Source: Thecamonas trahens ATCC 50062
Taxonomy: Eukaryota; Protista; Apusomonadida
Assembly (NCBI RefSeq): GCF_000142905.1
Contig: NW_013657660.1
Coordinates: 62,001-126,000 of the forward strand
Direction: 5' to 3'
Length of the DNA: 64,000 nt
How positions within the stretch are numbered: the stretch's first letter is position 1; every line of letters starts with the position of its first letter. Below are positions 1 to 11,100 of this stretch, in pieces. A program made the translations under genes and the position numbers. The notes under the pieces are model-generated. The model saw only the letters and a program-made list of their open reading frames with translations. It was not told the DNA's origin and made no database searches.

Positions 1-71
1 CCCTAGCATGAGCATGGCGCTACCTTCGGCATGCAGAGACTCACTGACATGTGTATATACTATGTCTCCAG

Positions 72-3000
72 ATGTACGTGGAGGCCGAGTCGCCGGCGCA
101 GCAGTCTGTTAAGCTCTGGATCTCTTCGTTCTCGGTGGGCAAGCCCGTCGAGTCGGCGTCGGGCGTGGCCAACCCCACCGCGCTCCTCCCCTCGGCCTGC
201 CGTGAGCGGAACATGAGCTACTCAGCGCCGATGCATGTGCGGATTATGCGGTCGGTCGATGGTGGCCCACCCATGGAGACAGCCCACGAGGTCGGGCTCC
301 TCCCCATCATGGTCCAGTCGGACAAGTGCCATCTCAAGGAGATGTCGCCGAAGGAGCTGGTGGCCGTCGGCGAGGAGGCCTCCGAGGCCGGTGGCTACTT
401 TATCGTCAACGGACGTGAAAAGATCCTCCGCATGCTCATCATGCCGCGCCGGCACTACCCGACCGCCATCATCCGGCCGTCGTTTGCCAAGCGCGGGCCG
501 CAGTACTCGCAGTACGCCGTTTCGCTCCGCTCGGTCCGGCCCGACTGCTCCTCGGTCACCAACAACGTGCACTACCTTAACAACGGACACGTCAACTTCC
601 GCTTCCTCCTCCGCAAGCGCGAATACTTTGTGCCGGTCGCTGTCCTCCTCCGCGCCCTCATGCCCACCACCGACCGCGAGATGTTTGAGCGCCTCGCCCA
701 GGGCAACTTTGACAACACCTACCTTGTCTCGCGCCTCGAGATCCTCCTCTGCCAGGGCCAGAAGTTTGCCCTCTACACGCAGGAACAGGCCCTGGCATTC
801 CTCGGCTCGCGCTTCCGCCCCATGCTCTACCACCCGCGCGCCTGGACCGACGCCGAGGTTGGCCGCGCCCTCATCCGCGACTACGTCTTTATCCACCTTG
901 GCGACGACCTCCGCGCCAAGTACGATCTCACCATCTCCATGGTCCAGAAGCTCTACGCCCTTGTCCAGGGCCACATCCAGCCGGACTCGTCCGACGCTGC
1001 CAACAACCAGGAGATCCTCGTCGTCGGCCACCTCTTTGGCGCCATGCTCCGCGAGCTCCTCGAGAAGCAGCTTGGCGTCATCAAGCTCGGCATCCTCCGC
1101 GCCTACCGCCGCGGCGACTCCACCACCGACGTCGAGAACGCCATCTGGTTCTCGCGCCTCATGGCGCGCTCCACCATGGACATTGGCAAGCGCTTTGCCT
1201 ACCTCATGGCCACTGGCAACCTCAAGTCCGACTCGGGCCTCAACATGGGTCAGGTTGTCGGCTACACCATCATGGCTGAGAAGCTCAACGTGCTTCGCTT
1301 CCTCGCCCACTTCCGCTGCGTCCACCGTGGTGCCTTTTTCTCCGAGATGAAGACCACCTCAGTCCGTAAGCTTCTCCCCGAGAACTACGGCTTCCTCTGC
1401 CCTGTCCACACTCCTGATGGTGCTCCGTGTGGTCTCCTCAACCACCTGGCCGCCAAGGCCCGCGTCGTCTCCACCGAGCCGCCGCCGGCCCGCCTCCTCC
1501 CGGTCCTCGCCAGCCTCGGCGTCCGCATGGTCACCGACCCGGGCGTTGCCCCGCTCGACCACGTCCCGGTCTTCCTCGAGGGCCGCATCGTGGGCTCGGT
1601 CGCCGTTGAACACGCCGCCATCGTCGCCGACCAGCTCCGCCACTTTAAGGTCCATGGCAAGTTCCACGTTCCGGCCACTCTCGAGATTGCGTACGTCGCC
1701 TCGGAGCTCCCGGTCCACCTCGTCCGGAGCAAGGCCGCCCAGGCGCCGGCTCTGCCCGCCGCGCACGGCTCCTCGTCATCCGAGTCGGACGACGACGCCG
1801 CCGCGCCGCCGGCCGGCAAGGACGCCGCCCGCAACGTCACCCTCCCGCCCGGCCAGTTCCCGGGCATCTACCTCTTCTCCGGGCCCGGTCGCCTCATGCG
1901 CCCGGTGACCAACCTCCGCGAGGGCAAGCAGGAGCTCATCGGCTCGTTTGAGCAGCTCTACCTCCACGTCGCCTGCCTCCCCGACGACATCCTTCCGGGC
2001 ATCACCACCCACAAGGACGAGTCGCCGACCGATATGCTCTCGGTCGTCGCCCTCCTCACGCCCTTCTCCGACTTTAACCAGTCGCCGCGAAACATGTACC
2101 AGTGCCAGATGGGCAAGCAGACCTTTGGTTCGCCGTCGACAGCGTACGCCAAGCGGACAGACAACAAGATGTACCGCATCCGCACCCCGCAGACCCCGAT
2201 TGTGCAGACCGAGGCCCACTCGGCGTACCAGATCGACGAGTTCCCGCAGGGCATGAACGCCATTGTCGCCGTCATCTCGTACACCGGCTACGACATGGAA
2301 GACGCCATGATCATCAACAAGCAGTCGTACGAGCGCGGCTTTGCCCACGGCTCCATGTACAAGACCGACCTCATCGACCTCTCCGAGACCTCGTCCGACG
2401 AGCACGGCATCGCCATGTTCTGCAACATCAAGCCCGGGACCACCGACGAGCTCGAGTGCAAGGAGCTCGACGCCGACGGCCTCCCGCCAGTCGGCACCCT
2501 CCTCACCAAGGGCTCGCCGTACTACGCCCGCCTCAACCCGGTCGCCTCCTCGGTCACCATCGTTCGCTACAAGTACGAGGAGCCGGCGTACGTCGATCAG
2601 GTCCGCGTCATGGAGCCCAAGACCGCCATGGCCCGCAACCTCGGCCTCGTCCGCGTCTCCATCAAGCTCCGCTACGTCCGCAACCCCATCATCGGTGACA
2701 AGTTTTCGTCGCGTCACGGCCAGAAGGGTGTGCTCTCGCAGCTCTGGCCCATGGAGAACATGCCGTTCACAGAGTCGGGCATCACCCCGGACATCATCAT
2801 CAACCCGCACGCCTTCCCCTCGCGAATGACCATTGGCATGCTCATCGAGATCATGGCCGCAAAGTCCGGCGCCCTCTACGGCAAGTTCCAGGACGCCACC
2901 CCGTTCTCCTTTATCGACAACGGGCACGCCTCGGAGTTCTTTGGCGAGCAGCTCCGCTCCGCCGGCTACAACTACTACGGCTCAGAGCCCATGTACTCGG

Positions 3001-3464
3001 GCATCACCGGGACCGAGTTCTCGGCAGACATCTTTATGGGCGTCTGCTACTGGCAGCGTCTCCGTCACCTGGTCTCGGACAAGCACCAGGTCCGTGCCAC
3101 CGGCCCGGTCTCCGACCTCACCCGCCAGCCGGTCAAGGGCCGCAAGCGCGCAGGTGGTATCCGCTTTGGCGAGATGGAGCGCGACTCGCTCATTGCCCAC
3201 GGCACCTCGTTCCTCCTCCAGGACCGCCTCCTCAAGTGCTCCGACGCCCACACCGCCTTTGTCTGCGCAACCTGTGGCTCGCTCGCCGCCGTCTCCTCCG
3301 TCCAGGACGCCCTCACAGGCGTCATCTCGCCAGTCTGCACCCGCACCACATGCAAGGGCGGTGTCGTCCGCGAGCTCGAGCTCCCCTATGTCTTCCGCTA
3401 TCTTGTCGCAGAGCTCGGCGCCATGGGCATTGCCATGGAGCTGGACGTCCGCGATCTCGAGTGA
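72..3464 (+). CDS. RPA2: DNA-directed RNA polymerase I second-largest subunit (RPA135/RPA2), 5'-partial; last large exon
   Basis: Motifs GGYFIVNGREK, GFLCPVHTPDGAPCGLLNHL, SDFNQSPRNMYQCQMGKQ, GDKFSSRHGQKG, PDIIINPHAFPSRMTIGM, GGIRFGEMERD and a C-terminal CxxC Zn ribbon. The NQSPRNMYQCQM and HTPDGAPCGL variants are Pol I-type. An intron acceptor (cactgac...tctccag, ending at 71) suggests upstream exons lie outside the window. Confidence 0.95.
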   Translation: MYVEAESPAQQSVKLWISSFSVGKPVESASGVANPTALLPSACRERNMSYSAPMHVRIMRSVDGGPPMETAHEVGLLPIMVQSDKCHLKEMSPKELVAVGEEASEAGGYFIVNGREKILRMLIMPRRHYPTAIIRPSFAKRGPQYSQYAVSLRSVRPDCSSVTNNVHYLNNGHVNFRFLLRKREYFVPVAVLLRALMPTTDREMFERLAQGNFDNTYLVSRLEILLCQGQKFALYTQEQALAFLGSRFRPMLYHPRAWTDAEVGRALIRDYVFIHLGDDLRAKYDLTISMVQKLYALVQGHIQPDSSDAANNQEILVVGHLFGAMLRELLEKQLGVIKLGILRAYRRGDSTTDVENAIWFSRLMARSTMDIGKRFAYLMATGNLKSDSGLNMGQVVGYTIMAEKLNVLRFLAHFRCVHRGAFFSEMKTTSVRKLLPENYGFLCPVHTPDGAPCGLLNHLAAKARVVSTEPPPARLLPVLASLGVRMVTDPGVAPLDHVPVFLEGRIVGSVAVEHAAIVADQLRHFKVHGKFHVPATLEIAYVASELPVHLVRSKAAQAPALPAAHGSSSSESDDDAAAPPAGKDAARNVTLPPGQFPGIYLFSGPGRLMRPVTNLREGKQELIGSFEQLYLHVACLPDDILPGITTHKDESPTDMLSVVALLTPFSDFNQSPRNMYQCQMGKQTFGSPSTAYAKRTDNKMYRIRTPQTPIVQTEAHSAYQIDEFPQGMNAIVAVISYTGYDMEDAMIINKQSYERGFAHGSMYKTDLIDLSETSSDEHGIAMFCNIKPGTTDELECKELDADGLPPVGTLLTKGSPYYARLNPVASSVTIVRYKYEEPAYVDQVRVMEPKTAMARNLGLVRVSIKLRYVRNPIIGDKFSSRHGQKGVLSQLWPMENMPFTESGITPDIIINPHAFPSRMTIGMLIEIMAAKSGALYGKFQDATPFSFIDNGHASEFFGEQLRSAGYNYYGSEPMYSGITGTEFSADIFMGVCYWQRLRHLVSDKHQVRATGPVSDLTRQPVKGRKRAGGIRFGEMERDSLIAHGTSFLLQDRLLKCSDAHTAFVCATCGSLAAVSSVQDALTGVISPVCTRTTCKGGVVRELELPYVFRYLVAELGAMGIAMELDVRDLE

Positions 3465-3482
3465 TCGTAATGAACGCTCTCC

Positions 3483-4166
3483 ATGCAAGCCACCACCACT
3501 CTCCACCCGTCTGCGCCACGCGCACAGCCCATGGAGACCCTTCCCGAGACCCTCCCTGCGCCCTTGGTGCAATTGGATCCTGCCACCGCTGCCGACCTCG
3601 TACCCGACGCCGCCATCTCTGCCGCTGCGTGGTATCACCAGGCGGCTGTCTCGGAAGCCCTGTTCGGCTCCTCAGGCGCTCGGGTCGTAGCCGCCCTCGC
3701 TGCCCACTATCCCGACCACTTTGTGTGGGCAACACAGTTTTCCAACGTTCATACCACATTTGCGTTTACCGAGCCGGGCTTTGTGCTCGACGATGTGGTT
3801 TGGCGTGGGCCGGAGCAGTACTTTCAGGCCCAAAAGGCGGCCCACGATCCGCCGACCTACGCCGATCTCGCGGCCGCCATGGCCGATGCCTCACCGGAGG
3901 AAGCCTTTGCACTCGGTCGCCGTGCCCCGCTCCGCGATGACTGGGAAGATGTCAAGGTTGATGTCATGCGGGTCGCTGTGGAAGCCAAGTTCCGCGCCGA
4001 CGACAGCCTCCGGCAGCTCCTGCTCTCCACCGCCCCGCACGCCTTAGTCCAGATCAAGCCGCACGATCCGTTCTGGGGCACAGGTCGGGACGGATCAGGA
4101 GCCAACATGCTTGGCGATATGCTCATGGATCTCCGAGCCAAGTTGATGGCCGAGGTTGGGGAATGA
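3483..4166 (+). CDS. NADAR (YbiA/RibX-like) domain protein with N-terminal extension
   Basis: FSN, PEQYFQAQKA, W-EDVKVDVMRVAVEAKF, LRQLLLST and DPFWGTGRDGSGANMLGDMLMDLR match NADAR hallmark blocks. The start could also be Met at 3531. Confidence 0.88.
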   Translation: MQATTTLHPSAPRAQPMETLPETLPAPLVQLDPATAADLVPDAAISAAAWYHQAAVSEALFGSSGARVVAALAAHYPDHFVWATQFSNVHTTFAFTEPGFVLDDVVWRGPEQYFQAQKAAHDPPTYADLAAAMADASPEEAFALGRRAPLRDDWEDVKVDVMRVAVEAKFRADDSLRQLLLSTAPHALVQIKPHDPFWGTGRDGSGANMLGDMLMDLRAKLMAEVGE

Positions 4167-4199
4167 GTGCGTGGCCGAGATTGGGGATGGGGTTGTGGA

Positions 4200-4400
4200 T
4201 GAGCAGGCAGCTGAGCAGGCAGCTGAGCAGGCAGCTGAGCAGGCAGCTGAGTGCGAGACTGACCAAGGAACCTCGACGTGACTTGATTGGTCGGTGCGAT
4301 ACAATCGCCCCCCATCGATCACCCCCCCTCCTCATCGCCCCCAATCTCCCCCTCATCGCCCCCAATCTCCCCCTCATCGCCCCCGATCTCCCCCTCATCG
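4200..4400. repeat. Two intergenic minisatellites: 12-mer (tgagcaggcagc) x4 and 21-mer (ctccccctcatcgcccccaat) x~4
   Basis: Directly visible tandem units at ~4200-4250 and ~4325-4400. Confidence 0.9.
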
Positions 4401-4641
4401 CCTCAACCAACGCCACTACACCGATCCTTCACCACTGGCCCCCCTCCACCACATCCATCCCGCTCCCCATCTCCCCCCCCCCCCCCCTCCCGCCCTCCCT
4501 CGACCATTCCCCCACGTGATACAATCGTTGGCTCCACCACCCACCACCCACCCACACCACCCACACCACCGGGCCACCGTCGGACGGGCACACCCCACGC
4601 CGACCGACGACAAGCACGGGAGGGAGGGAGTGGCAAGGAGG

Positions 4642-6612
4642 ATGCAGGCCATGAACAGAGCCATTGCAGCCGCTGAACGGTATACCAGCAACCTGGCGCC
4701 GCTTGCAGAGAAGACGACAGGCCTGGCTACGTACCTCTATCTCCCTACCTTGGGAGCACTTGCTGTGGTCACCTACGCCTTTGTGCTGGAAACAGGCGTC
4801 TCTACCTCGTCGACCATGCATATGCAGATGTTAGTCGTATTGGGTATGATCATGGCTCTGGCTCTGGCTCTGGCTCTGTGGAGAGCAAAGGATGACGTGC
4901 TGTATTACGCTGTCGTTGGCTTTAATCGTGTCGTCGTCAATCTCTACTTTCGCAAACTCGATACCGCCGGCAACGTAGACGCCATTCCCTCGCAAGGTCC
5001 TGTTCTTCTCATCGGAAACCATCAGAACCAGTTTATGGATGGCCTGCTCCTCACCGCTTTGGCTCCTCGGAAAGTCCGTCTCCTCACGGCTGCAAAGTCG
5101 TTGCATCGCCCCATCGTCGGCTCGTTTGCAAAGGGTCTCGGCTGCATCCCCGTCACTCGCCCCAAGGATGTTGCCTTTGTCGGTTCGGGCTCGCTCCGCC
5201 TTGACACCAATGCTGGAGAGGTCATCGGCTCAGCTGGCGCTAGCTTCTCGTCAGAACTGGCTCCAGGCTCGTCCATCGCAACCAAGGCTTTCACCGCCAC
5301 CGTCGTCGAGGTCCTGGCCGACGACCGCGCCAAGGTCTCGCGAGTTGCCTTCAAGGGCAGCGCAGAGAGTGACGAGAACGTCAAGTCGCTGGCACCTGCA
5401 GCAGACACGCCTGCAGCGTACAAGGTCATTCCCAAGCTCGATCACTCGCAGATGTTCTCGGAAGTCTTTGAGCAGCTCGCATCGGGTGAGTGCGTCGGCC
5501 TTTTCCCTGAGGGTGGCTCGCACGACAACACCCACCTGCTTCCGCTCAAGGCCGGCGTTGCACTCATGGCCCTCGGCGCGCTGGAAAAGTTCCCAGACCT
5601 GGCGATCACCATTGTCCCGGTCGGCTTTCACTACTACGCGGGCTCCAAGTTCCGGTCCAAGGCAGTGGTCAACTACGGCGATCCGCTGGTCATTTCTGGC
5701 GCCGAGTGGCGCAGCGAGTTTGCCTCTGCCAAGCGCGAGACCGTTGGCAAGCTGCTGGGCATGGTGGAGGATGCGCTCCGGTCGGTCACCCTCAACGTTC
5801 CGGACGAGGACTTTCTCGACTTTGTCCTCGTCACCAAGCGACTCTACACCCCGCCCAACGTTGTTCTTACACCGTCGCAGAACCTCGAGCTGACTCGCCG
5901 CTTTGCTGTCGGCCTGCAGCGTGAGGATCTGCTCCACGATGAGGCCATCCTCGACGTCCGCCGCCGCGTCGCCGCGTACGCCGACCTCTGCCGCCGCCAC
6001 GGGTACAGCCCCATGTCCGCCACTTCGGTCGCCACTCGCTCACTCTACGGCCTCAGGGCCATCCCGTACCTGGTTGTCGTCGCCACGGCCTCGCTCCTCG
6101 CCCTCGTCCCGGGCATCGTCCTCAACATGCCCGTCGGCCTCCTCGCCCGCTCGCTCGCCCACGCCCACGCCGCCAAGGCCAAGGCCGAGTCCTCGGTCAA
6201 GCTCCACGGCCGCGACGTCATCGCCTCGTACAAGCTTATTGTCGGCGTCGTCGCCATGCCTATCTGGTTCATCACCGTCCTCCTCGGCCTCCTCGTCTTC
6301 TCGCCGCTGACATGGACCCAGGTCGTCATCCTCGCCTTTCTCATGCCGCTCTACTCGTGGGTCGGCGTTATGTTCACCGAGCAGACCTTCCTCTGGTCCA
6401 AATCGGTCTACCCGCTCCTCCTCCGCATCCTCCCCTCCTACCGCGCCGAGGAAGCCGTCCTCGCCCGCATGCGCAACGAGCTCGCTGGCCACATCCGCCA
6501 GCTCATCGAGGACTATGACAAGGGCGGCTTTGCCGAGAACGAGCGCATCGTCCCGCTCAAGGTTCTCCAGGGCGCCGACGACTACGACGGCTGGATCGAA
6601 GAGACAAACTAA
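4642..6612 (+). CDS. Glycerol-3-phosphate/DHAP O-acyltransferase, fungal Sct1/Gpt2-like
   Basis: HxxxxD motif NHQNQFMD, IPVTRPKD, GLFPEGGSHD, LLPLKAGVA, IVPVGFHY, GRDVIASYK, plus N- and C-terminal TM segments. The ORF portion upstream of 4642 is translated repeat/C-rich DNA. Confidence 0.88.
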   Translation: MQAMNRAIAAAERYTSNLAPLAEKTTGLATYLYLPTLGALAVVTYAFVLETGVSTSSTMHMQMLVVLGMIMALALALALWRAKDDVLYYAVVGFNRVVVNLYFRKLDTAGNVDAIPSQGPVLLIGNHQNQFMDGLLLTALAPRKVRLLTAAKSLHRPIVGSFAKGLGCIPVTRPKDVAFVGSGSLRLDTNAGEVIGSAGASFSSELAPGSSIATKAFTATVVEVLADDRAKVSRVAFKGSAESDENVKSLAPAADTPAAYKVIPKLDHSQMFSEVFEQLASGECVGLFPEGGSHDNTHLLPLKAGVALMALGALEKFPDLAITIVPVGFHYYAGSKFRSKAVVNYGDPLVISGAEWRSEFASAKRETVGKLLGMVEDALRSVTLNVPDEDFLDFVLVTKRLYTPPNVVLTPSQNLELTRRFAVGLQREDLLHDEAILDVRRRVAAYADLCRRHGYSPMSATSVATRSLYGLRAIPYLVVVATASLLALVPGIVLNMPVGLLARSLAHAHAAKAKAESSVKLHGRDVIASYKLIVGVVAMPIWFITVLLGLLVFSPLTWTQVVILAFLMPLYSWVGVMFTEQTFLWSKSVYPLLLRILPSYRAEEAVLARMRNELAGHIRQLIEDYDKGGFAENERIVPLKVLQGADDYDGWIEETN

Positions 6613-6816
6613 CCTAAACTTGCCCGATGGCCACCTTCCTCACCCTCCGCCCATCGTGTGTGGTACTCCGCGCTCACTCGATCGACAGCGATTCCGCCCA
6701 ATCCCATGGCGGTGTCCCACGGTGCGCATCCACGGCATTCGGTGTGATCAGCAAAACTCGCCCGACCATCACACCGCTCGGCTGTTCCACACTTGACTCG
6801 GGCGCAATCAAGCGGA

Positions 6817-8094
6817 ATGGGAGTTACCAAGCCAGGAAGCAAGCGGGAGCGAGAAGATACATACGACAGTACAAGCCGGGAATCTAAGCGCCAGAAGGGC
6901 ATCCATGCCCCATCACGAGCGTCTGCAGTGTCGCCGCCGCCGAGCGGAGCTGATCCCACAGCGGCGAGCCGAGCCGGTGGCATGGCAACCGGAGCTGCGG
7001 AGAGGACCGGCGGGGCGATGGCGGCGAGGGTGACGAAGATTAAGAAGAGCAAGAAGAAGAAGAACAAATCGAAAAAGGGCGTGCGTGCTGTGCGGGCTCC
7101 GATTGCTGTCAAGGCGGCCAAGCCGACCAAGCCGACTCAGTCGACCAAGCCGACCAAGGGTGCGACCGCGATGACCAAGCCGACCAAGTCGATGACGGCG
7201 GCGACGACCAAGCCGGCACAGATCACGGTTCAAGCCCATCCAGCCCACCCATTGCCCGCTGATCTGCCTGTGGACACCCACACACCAGCGATCATTCACT
7301 ACATCCACAACCGCGAGTCGGATCAGCCGCTGAGCGAGGCCGAGTTTGCGGCGTACCAGGAGCAGTCGCTGCGGGGCGCGTCGCACTTTGACGCCTGCAT
7401 GTGGGTTGAGGCTGTTCTCGCCAAGCGCGGTGGATCGCAGGGCAAGGCGCTGCTGGACGTGGGCGCGATCAACGCGCTGCGGTATGTGCCGGGCAAGCCG
7501 CCGCTGCGGCTCGGACGGGCACGGGCGATCGACCTGCATGTTCTCGGCGAGGACTCGGCTGTGGAACAAGCCGACTTTCTCGAGCTCGATCCGAAGCAGG
7601 AGCGGTACGACTATGTTGTGCTCTCGCTAGTGGTCAACTTTGAGGTCGATCCGCGGAAGCGCGGCGCGATGATGTTGCAGGCCAACAAGCTGCTGGCTGA
7701 AGCTGCACCCGATGCCGGCCTGTGCTTCTTTGTTCTTCCCAAGGCATGCTTTGAGCGGTCGCGCTATCTCAACTACGAGGTATTTTCGGATCTCTGCACC
7801 GAGGCCGGCTTTACCATCGAGGAACGGACAGTGACCGATCGGCTCTCGATGTTTGTGCTGGCCCGGACGAGCGCACCAGTGGGCTCGGGCGTGCCGCGGC
7901 GCAAGGTGCGGACAAACAAGGGTGCGTACAACAACTTTGCCATTATCATCAAGACGCCGGCGTCGGCTGCCGGCCCGACCGCCACTGCGGCGGCGGGCCG
8001 GCCGGGCAAGAAGCTGACGTCGAACCAGCGGAAGCGGGCGCGCAAAGCCAAGATGCGCGAGCTGGCGCGCAAGGCCAAGTCGCAGGCAGTGTAA
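6817..8094 (+). CDS. BMT2: 25S rRNA (adenine-N1) methyltransferase Bmt2-like (Bmt2/SAMTOR family)
   Basis: LLDVGA, AIDL, EQADFL, YDYVVLSLVVNF..DPRKRGAMM, FFVLPKACFERSRYL, NNFAIII; Lys-rich nucleolar-type N- and C-tails. Confidence 0.8.
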   Translation: MGVTKPGSKREREDTYDSTSRESKRQKGIHAPSRASAVSPPPSGADPTAASRAGGMATGAAERTGGAMAARVTKIKKSKKKKNKSKKGVRAVRAPIAVKAAKPTKPTQSTKPTKGATAMTKPTKSMTAATTKPAQITVQAHPAHPLPADLPVDTHTPAIIHYIHNRESDQPLSEAEFAAYQEQSLRGASHFDACMWVEAVLAKRGGSQGKALLDVGAINALRYVPGKPPLRLGRARAIDLHVLGEDSAVEQADFLELDPKQERYDYVVLSLVVNFEVDPRKRGAMMLQANKLLAEAAPDAGLCFFVLPKACFERSRYLNYEVFSDLCTEAGFTIEERTVTDRLSMFVLARTSAPVGSGVPRRKVRTNKGAYNNFAIIIKTPASAAGPTATAAAGRPGKKLTSNQRKRARKAKMRELARKAKSQAV

Positions 8095-8105
8095 AGAGAG
8101 GTTTA

Positions 8106-11100
8106 TCACAGTTGGCCAGCGGCGGCCGGGGCCAGCTCGGCAAGCGCGACAAGGTCGACGAGCTCGGAGCGAAGGACCTTGATGACTGCCAAGTTTGCCG
8201 AGGTGCGGAGGAGGCACTGGCCGGCAACCACGGCAGCCGGCGGCGCAACGGTGGTCCGACGCGCGTGCAGCGACGGACCGAGATCGGCTGGCTCGTCAGC
8301 GTTGCGCGAGCCCGAGCCAGCCGCAAGCTCGAGTGCAGCGTCGAGGTCTGTCTGCAGCTCGTGCATGCGCTGGAGGAGCGCACGGCGCTCGGCCACGTGG
8401 TCGGCCCGCGAAGAGAGCAGCTCTTGCTGGGCGGTTGCAAGCCGGTCCGACGTCGACTGCAGCCGCTCGTACAGCGAGGCGACAAGGGCCTGCAAAGCCG
8501 GCACGGCCTCACCCTTGCGGCGCTTGAGCAGCTCTTCGTAGCGGGCAATGACATCTGCTAGGTCGGCATTGGCGGCTTGGATGCTGGCCATGCGAGCCTC
8601 GAGGTCCTCGTTGGTCACCACCAGCGTGCTCATGCCGTCAATGAGGGCGGCAGCCTCGCTGCGAGCCTTGGCCAGAGCTTCAGTGTAGTCGGTCATGGAT
8701 GGCATCGCCGACTTGACGTCCTCCAGCTCGGCCCGCGTCTCTTGTAGCTCGGCCTTGACCGCCTTGTACTTGGCCTTGTTGGCCTCGGACGGAGTGCTGG
8801 CCAGGGCAGCCTCCAGCTCGGCCTGGGTCTCCTGAAGCTCAGCTTGGGTCTCTTCCAACTCGGCCTGGGTCTCCTCCAGCTCGGCCTGTGTCTCTTGCAG
8901 CTCGGCCTTGACCGCCTTGTACTTGGCCTTGTTGGCCTCGGACGGGGCGCTGGCCAGGGCAGCCTCGAGCTCGGCCTGGGTCTCCTGAAGCTCAGCTTGG
9001 GTCTCTTCCAACTCGGCCTGGGTCTCCTCCAGCTCGGCCTGTGTCTCTTGCAGCTCGGCCTTGACCGCCTTGTACTTGGCCTTGTTGGCCTCGGACGGGG
9101 CCTTGGCCCGCATCGTCTCCAACTCGGCCTGTGTCTCTTGCAGCTCGGCCTGTGTCTCTTGCAGCTCGGCCTTGACCGCCTTGTACTTGGCCTTGTTGGC
9201 CTCGGACGAAGCGTTTGCCAGGGCAGCCTCGAGCTCGGCCTGTGTCTCCTCCAGCTCGGCCTGTGTCTCCTCCAGCTCGGCCCGGGTCTCTTCCAACTCG
9301 GCCTTGACCGCCTTGTACTTGGCCTTGTTGGCCTCGGACGGGGCCTTGGCCCGCATCGTCTCCAACTCAGCAAGCACGACCGCTAACCTATCGCGAGTCT
9401 CCTCCAGCTCTTCCTGGAAGCCACTAGACAACGGCGCTGCGTCGAGAGCTTCATGTGACTCGCGAAGCATCCGGCGTGTGCCGGCCAGCTCGACCAGTGC
9501 ATCGTTAAGCTGCAGTTCGGTCTGCTCAAGACGCTCGCGAGTCTCATCAAGCTCAGCTACAGCTGCGCTGGCACCCTCCAGCTTGGCCCGAGTCTCCCGC
9601 AGCTCGGCCTTGACCACCTTGTACTCGGCCTTGTTGGCCTCGGTCGGAATCCTGGACAGAGCAGACTTGAGTTCAGCCTTGGTTGCCTCCAGCTCAGCCT
9701 TCATCGCGCGATACTTGGCCTTGTTCGCCTCGGATGGTTGCCTCGCAGTATCGGAAACTGGCACAGACTTCAGCGCGGCTAGCTCCGCCTGCGCGAGCCC
9801 CAGCTTGGCACGCAGCCGTTCGTTGTCGGCGGACAGCTGCTCGAGCTCGCCTACCACATCGCGACCAGCGCGCGCCACCTGGACCACCGTCGCCGCTGCC
9901 GCCAGGTTGTGCCCCGACGGCGTCGTCTTCAGCTGCTCCACACTCTCAGACTCGGTGATCGTCCACGTATTCGACCGAGCCTCGTCTAGCTCTGCTCGCG
10001 CGGTTGCGGCCTCGGTACGCAGCCGCGCGTTTTCAGCAGACAGCTGCTCGAGCTCGCCCACCACATCGCGACCAGCGCGCGCCACCTGGACCACCGTCGC
10101 TGCTGCCGCCAGGTTGTGCCCCGACGGCGTCGTCTTCAGCTGCTCCATACCTTCGGCCTTGGCTTGCATCGCCCTCAGCTCTGCCCGCGCCTGCTCTAGC
10201 TCTTCACGAAGAAGCTGCTCTTGGTCCGCCGACTGTCGGTCAACCTTGCCCGCATTTGCGACCTCAACATGGGCCTGCTCCAGCTTGGCACGCAACCGCG
10301 CGTTTTCAGCAGACAGCTGCTCGAGCTCGCCCACCACATCGCGACCAGCGCGCGCCACCTGGACCACTGTCGCTGCTGCCGCCAGGTTGTGCCCCGACGG
10401 CGTCGTCTTCAGCTGCTCCATACCTTCGGCCTTGGCTTGCATCGCCCTCAGCTCTGCCCGCGCCTGCTCTAGCTCTTCACGAAGAAGCTGCTCTTGGTCC
10501 GCCGACTGTCGGTCAACCTTGCCCGCATTTGCGACCTCAACATGGGCCTGCTCCAGCTTGGCACGCAACCGCGCGTTTTCAGCAGACAGCTGCTCGAGCT
10601 CGCCCACCACATCGCGACCAGCGCGCGCCACCTGGACCACTGTCGCTGCTGCCGCCAGGTTGTGCCCCGACGGCGTCGTCTTCAGCTGCTCCATACCTTC
10701 GGCCTTGGCTTGCATCGCCCTCAGCTCTGCCCGCGCCTGCTCTAGCTCTTCACGAAGAAGCTGCTCTTGGTCCGCCGACTGTCGGTCAACCTTGCCCGCA
10801 TTTGCGACCTCAACATGGGCCTGCTCCAGCTTGGCACGCAGCCGCGCGTTTTCAGCAGACAGCTGCTCGAGCTCGCCCACCACATCGCGACCAGCGCGCG
10901 CCACCTGGACCACCGTCGCTGCTGCCGCCAGGTTGTGCCCCGACGGCATCGTCTTCAGCTGCTCCACACTCTCAGACTCGTTGATGGTCCACGTATTCGA
11001 CCGAGCCTCGTCTAGCTCTGCCCGTGCGGTTGCGGCCTCGGTACGCAGTCGCTCGTTTTCGGCCGCCAGATGCTCAAGCTCGCCGACCACATCCCGACCA

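Noticed and set aside
3462-3485. Stop-codon readthrough fusing RPA2 to NADAR
   Set aside because: TGA is followed in frame by TCG TAA TGA, so there are three stops before the NADAR ATG
72-8094. RPA2 and BMT2 as a ribosome-biogenesis cluster
   Set aside because: They are separated by unrelated genes; two genes are not enough to exceed chance
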